Shown here in pieces: positions 16,348 to 25,192 of a DNA stretch of 64,000 nt. Made by a program: the position numbers and the translations under genes. The stretch covers positions 1-64,000 of IMG/VR virus record IMGVR_UViG_3300049988_000024; one strand, written 5' to 3'. The number at the start of each line of letters is the position of its first letter. Within the stretch, counting starts at the first letter, position 1. This DNA comes from a virus. The notes beneath the pieces are model-generated. The model made no database searches. It saw only the letters and a program-made list of their open reading frames with translations, and was not told the origin of the DNA.

Positions 16348-16884
16348 ATGATTCTATCAGCGCAAAGCATTCGGGCGCGTTGCGAGATGGCGACGCCCAT
16401 GATTACACCATTTGTCGCGGAGAAGACGGTTTTACGTGGCAAGAGCTACGGATTGTCGGCTTGTTCGTATGATGTGAGGATTGCGCATGATTGCGAGCTA
16501 GGACCGCTTCATGGCGGTGATACGATCTATAACGATCCTATTCGTGGCATCGTCATGAATCGTTTATCGCACTACGCACTGGCCCACACAGTCGAAGATT
16601 TCCACATGCCCGATGACGTGTGTGGAACGGTTGTGGACAAGTCGTCTTATGCCCGCGTGTTCGTATCGGCGTTCAATACGTTGATCGATTCTGGCTTTGT
16701 CGGCAATTTGACGTTGGAACTGGTGAACTTGTCGAATGAGCCGGTGTTTATCGAGGCTGGTTCACCGATTTGCCAGATCATGTTTCATCAGCTTGACAAG
16801 CCTACGGAACGTCCGTATGGGCCGAAGGATAAGTATTACGGTCAGACTAAAACTGCGCATCCCGCGCGATATGAGGAGAATTAA
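16348..16884 (+). CDS. dcd: dCTP deaminase family protein
   Basis: SACSYDVRI and VVDKSSYARVFVSAFNTLIDSGFVGNLTLELVNLSNEPVFIEAGSPICQIMF match the Dcd/dUTPase-superfamily pattern. Confidence 0.8.
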   Translation: MILSAQSIRARCEMATPMITPFVAEKTVLRGKSYGLSACSYDVRIAHDCELGPLHGGDTIYNDPIRGIVMNRLSHYALAHTVEDFHMPDDVCGTVVDKSSYARVFVSAFNTLIDSGFVGNLTLELVNLSNEPVFIEAGSPICQIMFHQLDKPTERPYGPKDKYYGQTKTAHPARYEEN

Positions 16885-16885
16885 A

Positions 16886-17074
16886 ATGAAGATTTCGACG
16901 TTCGTTGCCAAGCTTGAATCGTTGAAGTTTCAGTATGGCGATCTTCCGGTTTCAACAGAAGATGGCATGGTTGTTAGCATAAAAGGAACGCCGTGCCGAG
17001 ATGGTATTTACCGTGAAGTCAATGGCATCGTTCCAGAGCCTAATGAAATCTGTATCGATTTTACTTGCGAATAA
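16886..17074 (+). CDS. hypothetical protein
   Basis: ORF track 16736..17074. ATG at 16886 after AGGAGAATTAAA. Confidence 0.55.
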   Translation: MKISTFVAKLESLKFQYGDLPVSTEDGMVVSIKGTPCRDGIYREVNGIVPEPNEICIDFTCE

Positions 17075-17085
17075 GGAGAATTAAA

Positions 17086-17496
17086 ATGAAGAAGCTTACG
17101 ATTGCCGTTGTTCTCGCCACGCTCGCTTTGAGCGCTTGTACGGACGCCGATACAGTTTCGCACAATCTGTCGAAGGCCGCTGATCAGTTCGAAGTGAATC
17201 GCCGAGTGGTGTTCTATAACGGCATTACGGATAGCTATATGCTGGAGATTCAGGGTCTTTGCTCGCTAGGTAATAACGACAAGGCACGCGAAGTTACGGT
17301 CGTCTGCAAGACCGGTCCTGGCACCTACAAGAAGCATTTTCTCGGTCTTTCCGATAACGTCACGTATTTCGCTGAACAGCTAGAGCCCGTGGACGCCAGC
17401 GCCTACCACTACCGCGTCATCTTCAAGCCGCAGACGATCCTTCCCGATATCGATTTCCGTGGGGATGCGGGCGAGTTGCTGAGCGGAGGAAAGTGA
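17086..17496 (+). CDS. lipoprotein
   Basis: MKKLTIAVVLATLALSAC: signal peptide with lipobox LSAC. AGGAGAATTAAA precedes the ATG. Confidence 0.7.
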   Translation: MKKLTIAVVLATLALSACTDADTVSHNLSKAADQFEVNRRVVFYNGITDSYMLEIQGLCSLGNNDKAREVTVVCKTGPGTYKKHFLGLSDNVTYFAEQLEPVDASAYHYRVIFKPQTILPDIDFRGDAGELLSGGK

Positions 17497-17765
17497 TGGA
17501 ACGTATCACGCATTCCGCTTGCAAGACGCCTGATGATCGATTTTGGATCAAGAAAGCGCCAGCGCGTCATCATGACGTTTTTCGTATCATGCAGGCTCAT
17601 GGCTTTACAGCATGGGGTTCGGAGGAAACAGGCTTTTGGACAAATGAACAGCGCTATGTAGACCGCGAAGAAGCGTGGCGCATTGCGGAAGCGGCAGGAC
17701 AGCTAAACGAGCGCGCGCCAACCGATGGGCGAGGCGGCACGCTTTATTCGGAGGACGTGTGGTAA
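17493..17765 (+). CDS. hypothetical protein
   Basis: ORF track. Confidence 0.6.
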   Translation: MMERITHSACKTPDDRFWIKKAPARHHDVFRIMQAHGFTAWGSEETGFWTNEQRYVDREEAWRIAEAAGQLNERAPTDGRGGTLYSEDVW

Positions 17766-17980
17766 TGATAAGCCGCTTTATTTCATGGGCCTACACATAT
17801 CATCTCTACGGCCCTAGATGCCCTGACACCGATCCCGATTGCCCGTGCTGCTTTGCGTGGCGATTGCATGACTTCTATTTCAATGGTGGGGATGATCCGC
17901 ATGAAACTGAGGGCTTCATATCGAGGATGTCTCCTGAGCAACTGAAGAAGGCGCTTGAATACGATGGTCCGTTGTCATGA
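17765..17980 (+). CDS. hypothetical Cys-rich protein
   Basis: ORF track 17675..17980, ATG at 17765. CPDTDPDCPCC. Confidence 0.5.
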   Translation: MISRFISWAYTYHLYGPRCPDTDPDCPCCFAWRLHDFYFNGGDDPHETEGFISRMSPEQLKKALEYDGPLS

Positions 17981-18126
17981 ACACGCGTAACGCGACTGTC
18001 GCGGTCATCCAGCGCGGAAGCCATACGCCAAACCAGCGATCCAATTTGATCCGCTGTGCGCATCGTACTCAGTTGCTAAGGTATCCGGTCAAGGAGAAGA
18101 AGAGTTACGGAGGCAAAGTGGCGTGA
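17977..18126 (+). CDS. possible small basic protein (49 aa)
   Basis: Hand-found gap-filling ORF with ATGA overlap. Weak coding look. Confidence 0.3.
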   Translation: MNTRNATVAVIQRGSHTPNQRSNLIRCAHRTQLLRYPVKEKKSYGGKVA

Positions 18127-18449
18127 ACATTGAACAAGCAAAAGCAGCGGCAGGACGACGAATTGCGGAAACGCGGCGACGGATCGAAACTGATTTGCCT
18201 GCATTTCTAGCTGAGATTGCGGAGCGACATAACAACGCAACTCAAGATCGATATGATTCATGGGAAGCCCGTAACGATCCGCTAACCGTTCGCGTCGCAA
18301 AGGCACTGTGTGCGGCTGGTTTTCATGATTGGCCGGTTGCGCGCGACGGGGTTTCGGCGTACAACGCCTTATCGGAGCGGCGCTATTGGATGCAGCTAGC
18401 GGAAGCCGCTATACGGGAGATAGGACATGACCAAGGATCAATTCGCTGA
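18123..18449 (+). CDS. hypothetical protein
   Basis: ORF track. GTG start after GGAGG. Confidence 0.55.
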   Translation: MNIEQAKAAAGRRIAETRRRIETDLPAFLAEIAERHNNATQDRYDSWEARNDPLTVRVAKALCAAGFHDWPVARDGVSAYNALSERRYWMQLAEAAIREIGHDQGSIR

Positions 18450-18627
18450 GATCATGCGTGGTGCTGTCGAGGAATGTTCGCGTGACGGCAACCCGTCGTA
18501 TTATGCGGTTCGGTTGATCGTGGAGAACGCGGCAACGGTGTTTCAACGGGAAGAGCGCTATTGTCTTGACGCCGATGGCGATCCGATGTTTGATCGCGCG
18601 GCGTTTATTCGCGATTGCGGGTTGTGA
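18427..18627 (+). CDS. hypothetical protein
   Basis: ORF track. Confidence 0.55.
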   Translation: MTKDQFAEIMRGAVEECSRDGNPSYYAVRLIVENAATVFQREERYCLDADGDPMFDRAAFIRDCGL

Positions 18628-19010
18628 ACCGCATTGACCGCATCATGCGCGATTTGTGCCTGATGGCTCAAGACACGCCCGCCGTAGGCCAAGCACGGCT
18701 TGCGGCGGCGATCGTGTATCGGCGTCAGGTCGTGGCGTATGGCGTCAATCAGCGCAAGTCCCATCCATTGCAAAAGCGTTTTGGAAAGAACAGCGATTCG
18801 ATTTATCCCCACGCCGAGGTTAACGCCGTTCGCAATAGCGTTAACCGGATGGGTGGGGTTGACTTCTTGCGTGAAAGCGTGTTAATCGTGGCTCGAATGC
18901 GCGTGATCGACGGCAAGTGGCGGCGTGGTCTTGCCAAACCATGTTCGGGATGCGAGCGTTGCATCGAGGCGTTTGGGATTCGTGATGTTGTTTGGACGGA
19001 GGATGAGTAG
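18615..19010 (+). CDS. deoxycytidylate (dCMP) / cytidine deaminase family protein
   Basis: Zinc motifs HAEVNA and PCSGCERC. Start uncertain (TTG 18615, GTG 18624 or ATG 18645). Confidence 0.8.
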   Translation: MRVVNRIDRIMRDLCLMAQDTPAVGQARLAAAIVYRRQVVAYGVNQRKSHPLQKRFGKNSDSIYPHAEVNAVRNSVNRMGGVDFLRESVLIVARMRVIDGKWRRGLAKPCSGCERCIEAFGIRDVVWTEDE

Positions 19011-19373
19011 ATGGCTTATTGCAGATGGAGTTCCGATAACTGGCGATCGGATGTCTACGTTTATGAATCGGATCAAGGGATTGCGATTCATGTGGCGGGG
19101 ATGCGGTACGTAGGCGAAAGGCCGGAAGGGAGTTGGATCAAGGAAAAGGATGGCAAGCTGGTTGTGGACGAAGACTTTGCGCTTCGGTCGCGGCAGTGGC
19201 TAGAAACGGCTGATATGGTTGCGATCGGTGGACCTAGTGACGGCGATACCTACGCGTGCGATCATGCTGAGGCCCTGGAAACGCTTGCGCGTTTGCGCCG
19301 GGAAGGATATCATGTGCCGCAGCATGTGATTGATGAGATTCGGGAAGAGCTAGAGGAGATGAAGGTTGACTGA
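19011..19373 (+). CDS. hypothetical protein
   Basis: ORF track. Confidence 0.65.
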   Translation: MAYCRWSSDNWRSDVYVYESDQGIAIHVAGMRYVGERPEGSWIKEKDGKLVVDEDFALRSRQWLETADMVAIGGPSDGDTYACDHAEALETLARLRREGYHVPQHVIDEIREELEEMKVD

Positions 19374-19623
19374 GAAATATACGCTCGAAAGGGTTTACAA
19401 GGTTTTTGATAATGAAAGCGGGGCGATGATTAAGATCAGTCCCGACGTAGATGGTTTAGGACTTATAGAACTTGATGGCGGCGATGATTATGGACGTTTG
19501 ACACTTCCGCCTGAGTTGGCTGGCATTGTAGGACATGCGATTCTTCATTGTTGCGATGATGTTGAATTCTTTCAAAAGCGCATTGAAGAAAAGCTTACGA
19601 ACAAGGAGAAGACCGATGTCTGA
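19366..19623 (+). CDS. hypothetical protein
   Basis: ORF track; TTG start. Confidence 0.5.
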   Translation: MTEKYTLERVYKVFDNESGAMIKISPDVDGLGLIELDGGDDYGRLTLPPELAGIVGHAILHCCDDVEFFQKRIEEKLTNKEKTDV

Positions 19624-20038
19624 GAAGACGTTTCGCGATGAGTTGGCAATGTTGTTCGATACGGAAGGATATACATTTGAATCTTTGCAGGATTTGTTTC
19701 GCTTTGCAGGACACGAATATTCGCGTGAAGCTGATGCGTTGAAGGCTGCTAGCATGGCGGCGCAAGCCAAGCTCCGATATATGTACGCGGATGCTATGTT
19801 GCGGGCGAGTGGTCGGGTAGAGAAGACGGCTCCGGCGGCTGATGCGGATGGGTGGATCGTACATGACGGCAAGGGTATGCCCTGCGATAAGGAAACCGTT
19901 GTTGATGTGAAGTTCAGAGATGACGATACATCGTATGGTTCGGATGCAATGTTTTGGGACGGACCACTGCCAAAGGATAGTTGGTGGAACCATCAAAACA
20001 GAAGTTGCGACATCATTGCTTGGAGGCACGCACGATGA
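19616..20038 (+). CDS. paralogue 1 with C-terminal DGWI.HDGKGMP domain
   Basis: ORF track 19535..20038. ATG at 19616 after AAGGAGAAG. Confidence 0.65.
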   Translation: MSEKTFRDELAMLFDTEGYTFESLQDLFRFAGHEYSREADALKAASMAAQAKLRYMYADAMLRASGRVEKTAPAADADGWIVHDGKGMPCDKETVVDVKFRDDDTSYGSDAMFWDGPLPKDSWWNHQNRSCDIIAWRHAR

Positions 20039-20469
20039 ACACGTTCAATAACGCAAAGGCCGACACCTTGCGGCGCGAGTTGGGGAAGCTTCAGTGCTGG
20101 TTGACCGGCTATCATGCGGGCGCGGGGCACCGGACAGGAGTGATTGGAGTAGGGATTCCTGGCGAAGATGCTGTGCGTCAGGCGCAATTGTTTTTGGAAG
20201 ACCTGATGCGGGAAGCTGCGGAACGGACACCGGTTACGGAACCGGAAAAGCCGCAGCCCGTGGCTGCTGCGGACGGGTGGATCACACATGACGGGAAGGG
20301 TATGCCAGTTGATGGTCTGACGGAAGTTACGATTAAGTGCCGTGATGGATATGAAGGAGCCGATTGCGACGCAAGTTTTTGGTACGGCGGTGAAGAAGAC
20401 TGGTGGACTTTTGGATCACCTAAAAACACAGGAGATGAAATCATAGCGTACAAGGTTGTAAAGTCATGA
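20035..20469 (+). CDS. paralogue 2 with C-terminal DGWI.HDGKGMP domain
   Basis: ORF track 19981..20469. ATGA overlap at 20035. Confidence 0.65.
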   Translation: MNTFNNAKADTLRRELGKLQCWLTGYHAGAGHRTGVIGVGIPGEDAVRQAQLFLEDLMREAAERTPVTEPEKPQPVAAADGWITHDGKGMPVDGLTEVTIKCRDGYEGADCDASFWYGGEEDWWTFGSPKNTGDEIIAYKVVKS

Positions 20470-20636
20470 GTCTATCCCTTACAACGATTCCCGAAGACGA
20501 GGTTGAACGTCTTTACCGTATTGAAACGTTAGCGATGGGCTATAAGCGGGTCATGGAAGACAGCGACATGCCCGACGCAGAGTGGGAGGCAAGGCAACGG
20601 GAAACGCAGCAGTTGTTGTTCGAGGCGCTAGGATGA
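20466..20636 (+). CDS. hypothetical small protein (56 aa)
   Basis: Hand-found; ATGA overlaps at both ends. Confidence 0.45.
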   Translation: MSLSLTTIPEDEVERLYRIETLAMGYKRVMEDSDMPDAEWEARQRETQQLLFEALG

Positions 20637-20722
20637 GCCCTGAAGTTTTGACAAACGGATTGATCTTCTCGGGGCTCCTGTGGCTCCTTCTGGTGGTTCT
20701 CGTGGCGTGGTGGATGGCATGA
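20633..20722 (+). CDS. possible 29-aa hydrophobic peptide
   Basis: Hand-found: MSPEVLTNGLIFSGLLWLLLVVLVAWWMA. Coupled to both neighbours. Confidence 0.3.
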   Translation: MSPEVLTNGLIFSGLLWLLLVVLVAWWMA

Positions 20723-20895
20723 TCGATTGGTTGGCTCTTGGTAAGGCTGTTGTGGCTGCAATCGCGTTGATTGCGGGCTTTATTTTCTATGTATTTGCGC
20801 TTGGGCAGTGGCCTTTGATCGTGTTGCCGCTAGTCGGGGTAGGATTAGCTGGCTCCTTCGTGTTCTTATTCTACGTAGGGTTTGCACGGCGATGA
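20719..20895 (+). CDS. small membrane protein (58 aa)
   Basis: ORF track 20680..20895, ATG at 20719. Two hydrophobic helices. Confidence 0.5.
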   Translation: MIDWLALGKAVVAAIALIAGFIFYVFALGQWPLIVLPLVGVGLAGSFVFLFYVGFARR

Positions 20896-21089
20896 AGATC
20901 ATTCTTGAATACGAGCCCGGTGAGGATCATGTCTGGGCGCTGAAGGCGGCGCTTGCAGCTTTGGAGGAGTATGGGAAGCCGAAGGACGGGACGCCGTTCA
21001 ATCTGATTCAGTTCACGATGATGGGAGGCGAGGTCAAGCTCTATGCTGTCAAGTGGAATAAGGCGAGTGTGAGTGTTTGGAGGCAGTGA
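20892..21089 (+). CDS. hypothetical protein
   Basis: ORF track 20808..21089. ATGA overlap at 20892. Confidence 0.55.
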   Translation: MKIILEYEPGEDHVWALKAALAALEEYGKPKDGTPFNLIQFTMMGGEVKLYAVKWNKASVSVWRQ

Positions 21090-21283
21090 TGGCTCACGGC
21101 AAGAATGCAGCGAAGCGAAGAGATCGTGAATATTGGTCGCCAAGGCTTGGTGGTAAGCATTTTTCTTTGCCGCATGGGAAGTTTGCTAAGTGGTTGACGC
21201 ATCGCCGCGAACGACGAAAAGGTGACAAAGAGACGCGGGAAGAAGCTGCTGAGCTGCCTTATGAGATGCCGATTGATGCGTGA
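21089..21283 (+). CDS. hypothetical basic protein
   Basis: ORF track 21077..21283, ATG at 21089. Confidence 0.5.
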   Translation: MAHGKNAAKRRDREYWSPRLGGKHFSLPHGKFAKWLTHRRERRKGDKETREEAAELPYEMPIDA

Positions 21284-21500
21284 GCTTTTCATGATTGTTC
21301 CGCCGTTGAATCCTTGGGACAAGCCGCACGCTGAAACGATCTATTTCGAGTTAGGGCTTATGACGATCGCAAAGACAGCGGGCGAGGCTTGGTATAAACA
21401 CACGCGCGGCGATATGGGGAAGGTACAGGCATGGTTTGATCGCGGTTATCGGTTGCGGCGCGTTCGGTGTGAATTGGTTGAAGAAGGAGAAATGAAATGA
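21276..21500 (+). CDS. hypothetical protein
   Basis: ORF track 21222..21500. Start at 21276 or 21291. Confidence 0.5.
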   Translation: MRELFMIVPPLNPWDKPHAETIYFELGLMTIAKTAGEAWYKHTRGDMGKVQAWFDRGYRLRRVRCELVEEGEMK

Positions 21501-21573
21501 GCTATAATACATCAGTAGTCATGATTTGCGGCATGTATCTCGCGTTCTTGTGCCTTATGGTCGTTTATGTGGG

Positions 21574-21602
21574 TTGACTTGCGCCGGGTTATGGTGTATG
21601 CG
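21574..21602 (+). promoter_or_regulatory. candidate sigma70-type promoter for the primase-helicase gene
   Basis: TTGACT (21574-21579), 17 nt, TATGCG (21597-21602). Confidence 0.45.
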
Positions 21603-21631
21603 TTGGGGTTTGGAGACGTGAAGGCATAAGA

Positions 21632-23869
21632 ATGGCGCAAATCGAATCATACGCAGATATTCCAGAGGTCAACGCATACGTCAAACGCCACGGGGCACAG
21701 TTCCGTTCGGCGTCGAAGGCGGTTGTAGAGGAGAAGGTTGGAGAGTATTTTCGCGAGGTCGCCAAGATCAAGTTCTCGCGCGATGGGACCGTCAAGGCAA
21801 CACCTGGATACGAACCGGATGAAGCGGAAGGCGAGCGGATCGCGTTCGCTATTCGCAATGGGCAGTGGCCTGTCTGGCGCATGGCAACGGAAGCGGATGA
21901 GCCGCCCGACGCCGTGAAGCGGGCACTAGCCGAGAACCCTGACGACGTGTTTGCTTATCGCGATGTGACCGGCAAGCGCATATACATGTATCAGGTTCGA
22001 TACATGACCAAGAAGGGCAAGCGGTCCTATCATGCGTGGACCATCTACGAGGACAACGTTTGGCGTCCATGGGAACCGGATACGGAGCATCTACCGCTCT
22101 ACGGCCTGGAAACGCTGAAGGACAACAGCGTTGCGATCATCCATGAAGGCGCCAAGGCCGCTCGGGCGATGCAACGCATGATCGCACAAAAGACGGCGAA
22201 AGACAAGCGCCTGTTCGAGAATCATCCATGGGCGCAAGAGCTTTCGTTCGCGGCTCATGTGGCGTTCACGGCGGGCGCATTTGCTGCCAAGGACACCGAA
22301 TGGGAGATGTTGCGCCGTAACGGGATCGAAAGCGTCATCATCATTCCCGACAATGACGAGGCGGGACGGTCCGCTGTTCGCGACATCAGCAAGGCGGTCG
22401 GGTTGCCCGCGAAGTGGGTTCAATTCGATTCGCGGTTCCCGTCGTCGTTCGATATGGCTGACCCAATGCCGGAGGCGTTGTTCGTGGAAGCGGACGGGAA
22501 GAAGCATTGGAAGGGGCCGACGTTCGGAGAACTGATTACGCCTTGCACATGGGCGACACGGTTGATTCCGAACCCCGACAAGCCGGAAAAGATGATCGCG
22601 ACGCTGAACAGGGCGTTTCAACGGGAATGGTTCTATGTCGGGCAAACAGGGTTGTTCGCTTGGCGGCACGATCCGCGCATTCGCTACAACGAAACCAGCT
22701 TTAATGCCAATATGCGGCGCTGTTCTGATGTGAAGGACACGGCGGCGCTTGTGTTACAGGGTTTGACGGATAGTATCGACAAGCTGACGTATCGCCCCGA
22801 CTTGCGGTCGCAGAATGGCGATCGGCGCGTGAACGAGGGAATCGGCGAAACGGCGCTGAACACCTATTCGCCAACCAATGTCAAGGCCATACCGGGCGAC
22901 GTGACGATGTGGCACGAGTTCCTGGCACATCTGATACCCGATGAATCCGAACGCAAGCTTGTGGAGCGGTGGATCGCAACAGTTGTTGCGCGGCCAGCAA
23001 CACGAATGCGTTATGCGATGCTTCTGACCTCAGCCATGCAAGGAACCGGCAAGACCACGCTTTGCGAAGCGGTGTTGCGTCCGCTTGTTGGCAAACAGAA
23101 CTACAATGCCGTCACCGAAGACACGATCATGAACCCGCAGTTCAACGACTGGTTTGTTGAAAAGACGCTGGTTGTCGTGAATGAGTTCTACCAGAACAAG
23201 ACTAATCGCGCAGGAAACAAACTGAAAAGCGTGATTTCCGACGATATTGCGATGGTGAACACGAAGTATTTGGTTCCCTATGCTATCCGCAATCACGCGC
23301 ATTTGATTGCTTGTTCTAACACGGCTGTCGCGGTCGGAATCGAGGACTCGGATCGTCGTTGGCTTATTCCGACGTGTACGGAAGAAGCCTGGAAGTGGTC
23401 GGATAAGTTCTATCGCTGGTTGCATAGCGGTGGCTTGGAAGCGATCAAGCATTGGGCGGATACCTACGGTGATTACGTGACCACGGGCGAGCGGGCGCCG
23501 GATACCAAGGCCAAGCGCATGATCGTGGAGGAATCGCGCACGCCTCGCTGTCAGGAGGCTTATAACCTTTGGCGGGCTTTGGAGGAGCAAGGGGCGGAAC
23601 GGTCGATATCGCAGCGCAGGCTGAACAATTGGCTGCGCGGGTTCGATGCGGGCTATGCCAAGGATAAGGACGTAGACTATCGAAAAGCGATCCTGGAAGC
23701 GGGCGGATCGATCCTGGATGAGCGCATGAGCATCGACGGACGACCTCAGTATGTGATGGTCACTTCGGCTTTGAAGGCAAAGATGCAACAGTTGGATAAT
23801 GAATTGCGGCGAAAACTTGTTCGTGAATCGCTGCTTTGTGACGAAGATATGGCCAATCCGACCATCTAG
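21632..23869 (+). CDS. primase-helicase (Toprim-type primase fused to SF3 / P4-alpha, D5-like helicase)
   Basis: 745 aa. Toprim-like IHEGAKAARA...VIIIPDNDEAGRSA; Walker A SAMQGTGKTT; Walker B LVVVNEF; SF3-like IACSN. Confidence 0.8.
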   Translation: MAQIESYADIPEVNAYVKRHGAQFRSASKAVVEEKVGEYFREVAKIKFSRDGTVKATPGYEPDEAEGERIAFAIRNGQWPVWRMATEADEPPDAVKRALAENPDDVFAYRDVTGKRIYMYQVRYMTKKGKRSYHAWTIYEDNVWRPWEPDTEHLPLYGLETLKDNSVAIIHEGAKAARAMQRMIAQKTAKDKRLFENHPWAQELSFAAHVAFTAGAFAAKDTEWEMLRRNGIESVIIIPDNDEAGRSAVRDISKAVGLPAKWVQFDSRFPSSFDMADPMPEALFVEADGKKHWKGPTFGELITPCTWATRLIPNPDKPEKMIATLNRAFQREWFYVGQTGLFAWRHDPRIRYNETSFNANMRRCSDVKDTAALVLQGLTDSIDKLTYRPDLRSQNGDRRVNEGIGETALNTYSPTNVKAIPGDVTMWHEFLAHLIPDESERKLVERWIATVVARPATRMRYAMLLTSAMQGTGKTTLCEAVLRPLVGKQNYNAVTEDTIMNPQFNDWFVEKTLVVVNEFYQNKTNRAGNKLKSVISDDIAMVNTKYLVPYAIRNHAHLIACSNTAVAVGIEDSDRRWLIPTCTEEAWKWSDKFYRWLHSGGLEAIKHWADTYGDYVTTGERAPDTKAKRMIVEESRTPRCQEAYNLWRALEEQGAERSISQRRLNNWLRGFDAGYAKDKDVDYRKAILEAGGSILDERMSIDGRPQYVMVTSALKAKMQQLDNELRRKLVRESLLCDEDMANPTI

Positions 23870-24097
23870 CTATACGAGTGCTATACGGAAAACAGGGGCT
23901 TCGGAAAATTTGGTATAGCGTAAGCCCTTGATTTTCCTATCTTTTATTTCTTACTATACCACTTTTCTTCTTCTAATAGAAAGTATATAGAAAAATAATA
24001 AGGGTAATAATATCATCAGTTAAAAAGTTTTAGGTTTCACCCGAAATTCCGTATAGCTGTTCGTGAAAGCCCTATGAATCAAGGGTTTGAGCTATAC
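23869..24097 (+). repeat. 229-bp composite element, copy 2
   Basis: Boxes at 23869, 23880, 23913 (complement), 23955, 24051 (complement) and 24091, the same offsets as copy 1. The first box overlaps the primase-helicase TAG. Confidence 0.9.
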
Positions 24098-24119
24098 ATG
24101 TCCTGAAAGGAGCTTCTTT

Positions 24120-24533
24120 TTGCCTACGGAAACGGACTATAAACGGGCTTTTAGGGCCTCTTGCGGCGGTTGGACCAGTGCTGTTGAGCCTGGAAGGGGC
24201 GGCGATAGCGGCGCGGCTGACTTGCTGGTGCTGGTTGGACAGCGCATTGTGCCCGTGGAACTGAAGATCGGCCAGCTTGGCGACGATGGCTTGTTTTGCT
24301 TCCATAAGCCGGGGATACGGCCAGCGCAGATCAGTTGGCACTTCGAATTGGCGAAGGCGGGCGGGTTCAGTCTTTTGGCCGGTGGACATTGGATGGACGG
24401 CTGGTGGCAAACCTATGTCTTTGAGGCTGCGAATTTGAGCGGTTGGCGTGATGGCCTTGTGCCGATTGCGGACACGGAACACGAATCCTTGGTCGAGTTG
24501 CTCCCTTGGTTGGTTGATGTCTGGGTCAGTTAA
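24120..24533 (+). CDS. VRR-NUC / PD-(D/E)xK nuclease-like protein
   Basis: ORF track 24087..24533. In-frame TTG at 24120 sits 7 nt after AAAGGAG. AADLLVLVGQRIVPVELK...RPAQISWHFELAKAGG fits D...ExK...Q..W. Confidence 0.55.
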   Translation: MPTETDYKRAFRASCGGWTSAVEPGRGGDSGAADLLVLVGQRIVPVELKIGQLGDDGLFCFHKPGIRPAQISWHFELAKAGGFSLLAGGHWMDGWWQTYVFEAANLSGWRDGLVPIADTEHESLVELLPWLVDVWVS

Positions 24534-24534
24534 A

Positions 24535-24563
24535 TTGACTTTTTGCGAGAAATATGTTATTTT
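24535..24563 (+). promoter_or_regulatory. candidate sigma70-type promoter for the HNH gene
   Basis: TTGACT (24535-24540), 17 nt, TATTTT (24558-24563). Confidence 0.45.
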
Positions 24564-24584
24564 CTTTGTTTAACGGAGAATAAC

Positions 24585-25085
24585 ATGAACGATTCGCATG
24601 ATGAGTTTAGACATAAGATCATTGGTCATTGGTGTACTTATTGCGGAGATAACGCCGAAGAGTTTGACCATTTCCCGCCGCGTGCCGTAACCAATTACGG
24701 TCTGCTAGTTCCTTGCTGTAGAGAGTGTAATAGTCACATATCGACTTTGTATGCGTTTTCCTTTAAAGATCGTTCGCTTTTAGCAAAAGATAAGATCAGG
24801 AAAAAATACTCGAAGCTTCTTCGAATACCTGAATGGGATGAAGAAGAGCTAAACGATATGGCTCCTCATATGCGTGATAGCGTTCTAGATGGTCAACGGA
24901 TTCAAGAAATTATAAAGCAACGATTAGCTTGGGACTCGTGGTCTTATCTAAAGGGCATTGACATTAAAAACGATATAGAACGGGTCGTTGTAGAAATAGA
25001 CCTAATTCTTGGAAATATGAAACGCGAATTTGACCGCTCAGAGCGTTTGAACAAGAAAAACGATCAGGACTTGCTCAAACCCTAG
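24585..25085 (+). CDS. HNH-type nuclease (packaging-associated position)
   Basis: CTYCG...EFDHFPP...PCCRECN Cys/His pattern. AT-rich. Lies upstream of the terminase genes. Confidence 0.6.
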   Translation: MNDSHDEFRHKIIGHWCTYCGDNAEEFDHFPPRAVTNYGLLVPCCRECNSHISTLYAFSFKDRSLLAKDKIRKKYSKLLRIPEWDEEELNDMAPHMRDSVLDGQRIQEIIKQRLAWDSWSYLKGIDIKNDIERVVVEIDLILGNMKREFDRSERLNKKNDQDLLKP

Positions 25086-25168
25086 AAATCGCGTCAGCGG
25101 GCTTGTATGGCCGAATACGGGGCTATTGGACGTGATATGGTGGGTTGGGATTGCAGTGGGCAAAGAAA

Positions 25169-25186
25169 AAGGCCCCGGAGGGCCTT
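25169..25186. terminator. bidirectional hairpin terminator between convergent genes
   Basis: AAGGCCC-CGGA-GGGCCTT, flanked by an A-run on one side and a T-run on the other. Confidence 0.65.
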
Positions 25187-25192
25187 AATTTT

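Noticed and set aside
9771-17090. The repeated string GGAGAATTAAAATGA at 9773, 16872 and 17075 as a regulatory repeat.
   Set aside because: It is simply a shared RBS-spacer-start context, with no further flanking similarity.
21501-21575. A 17-codon ORF (ATG at 21523) and the GCTATAAT string at 21503.
   Set aside because: The ORF is too short and has no RBS. GCTATAAT is not the GCTATAC box and lacks any partner boxes.
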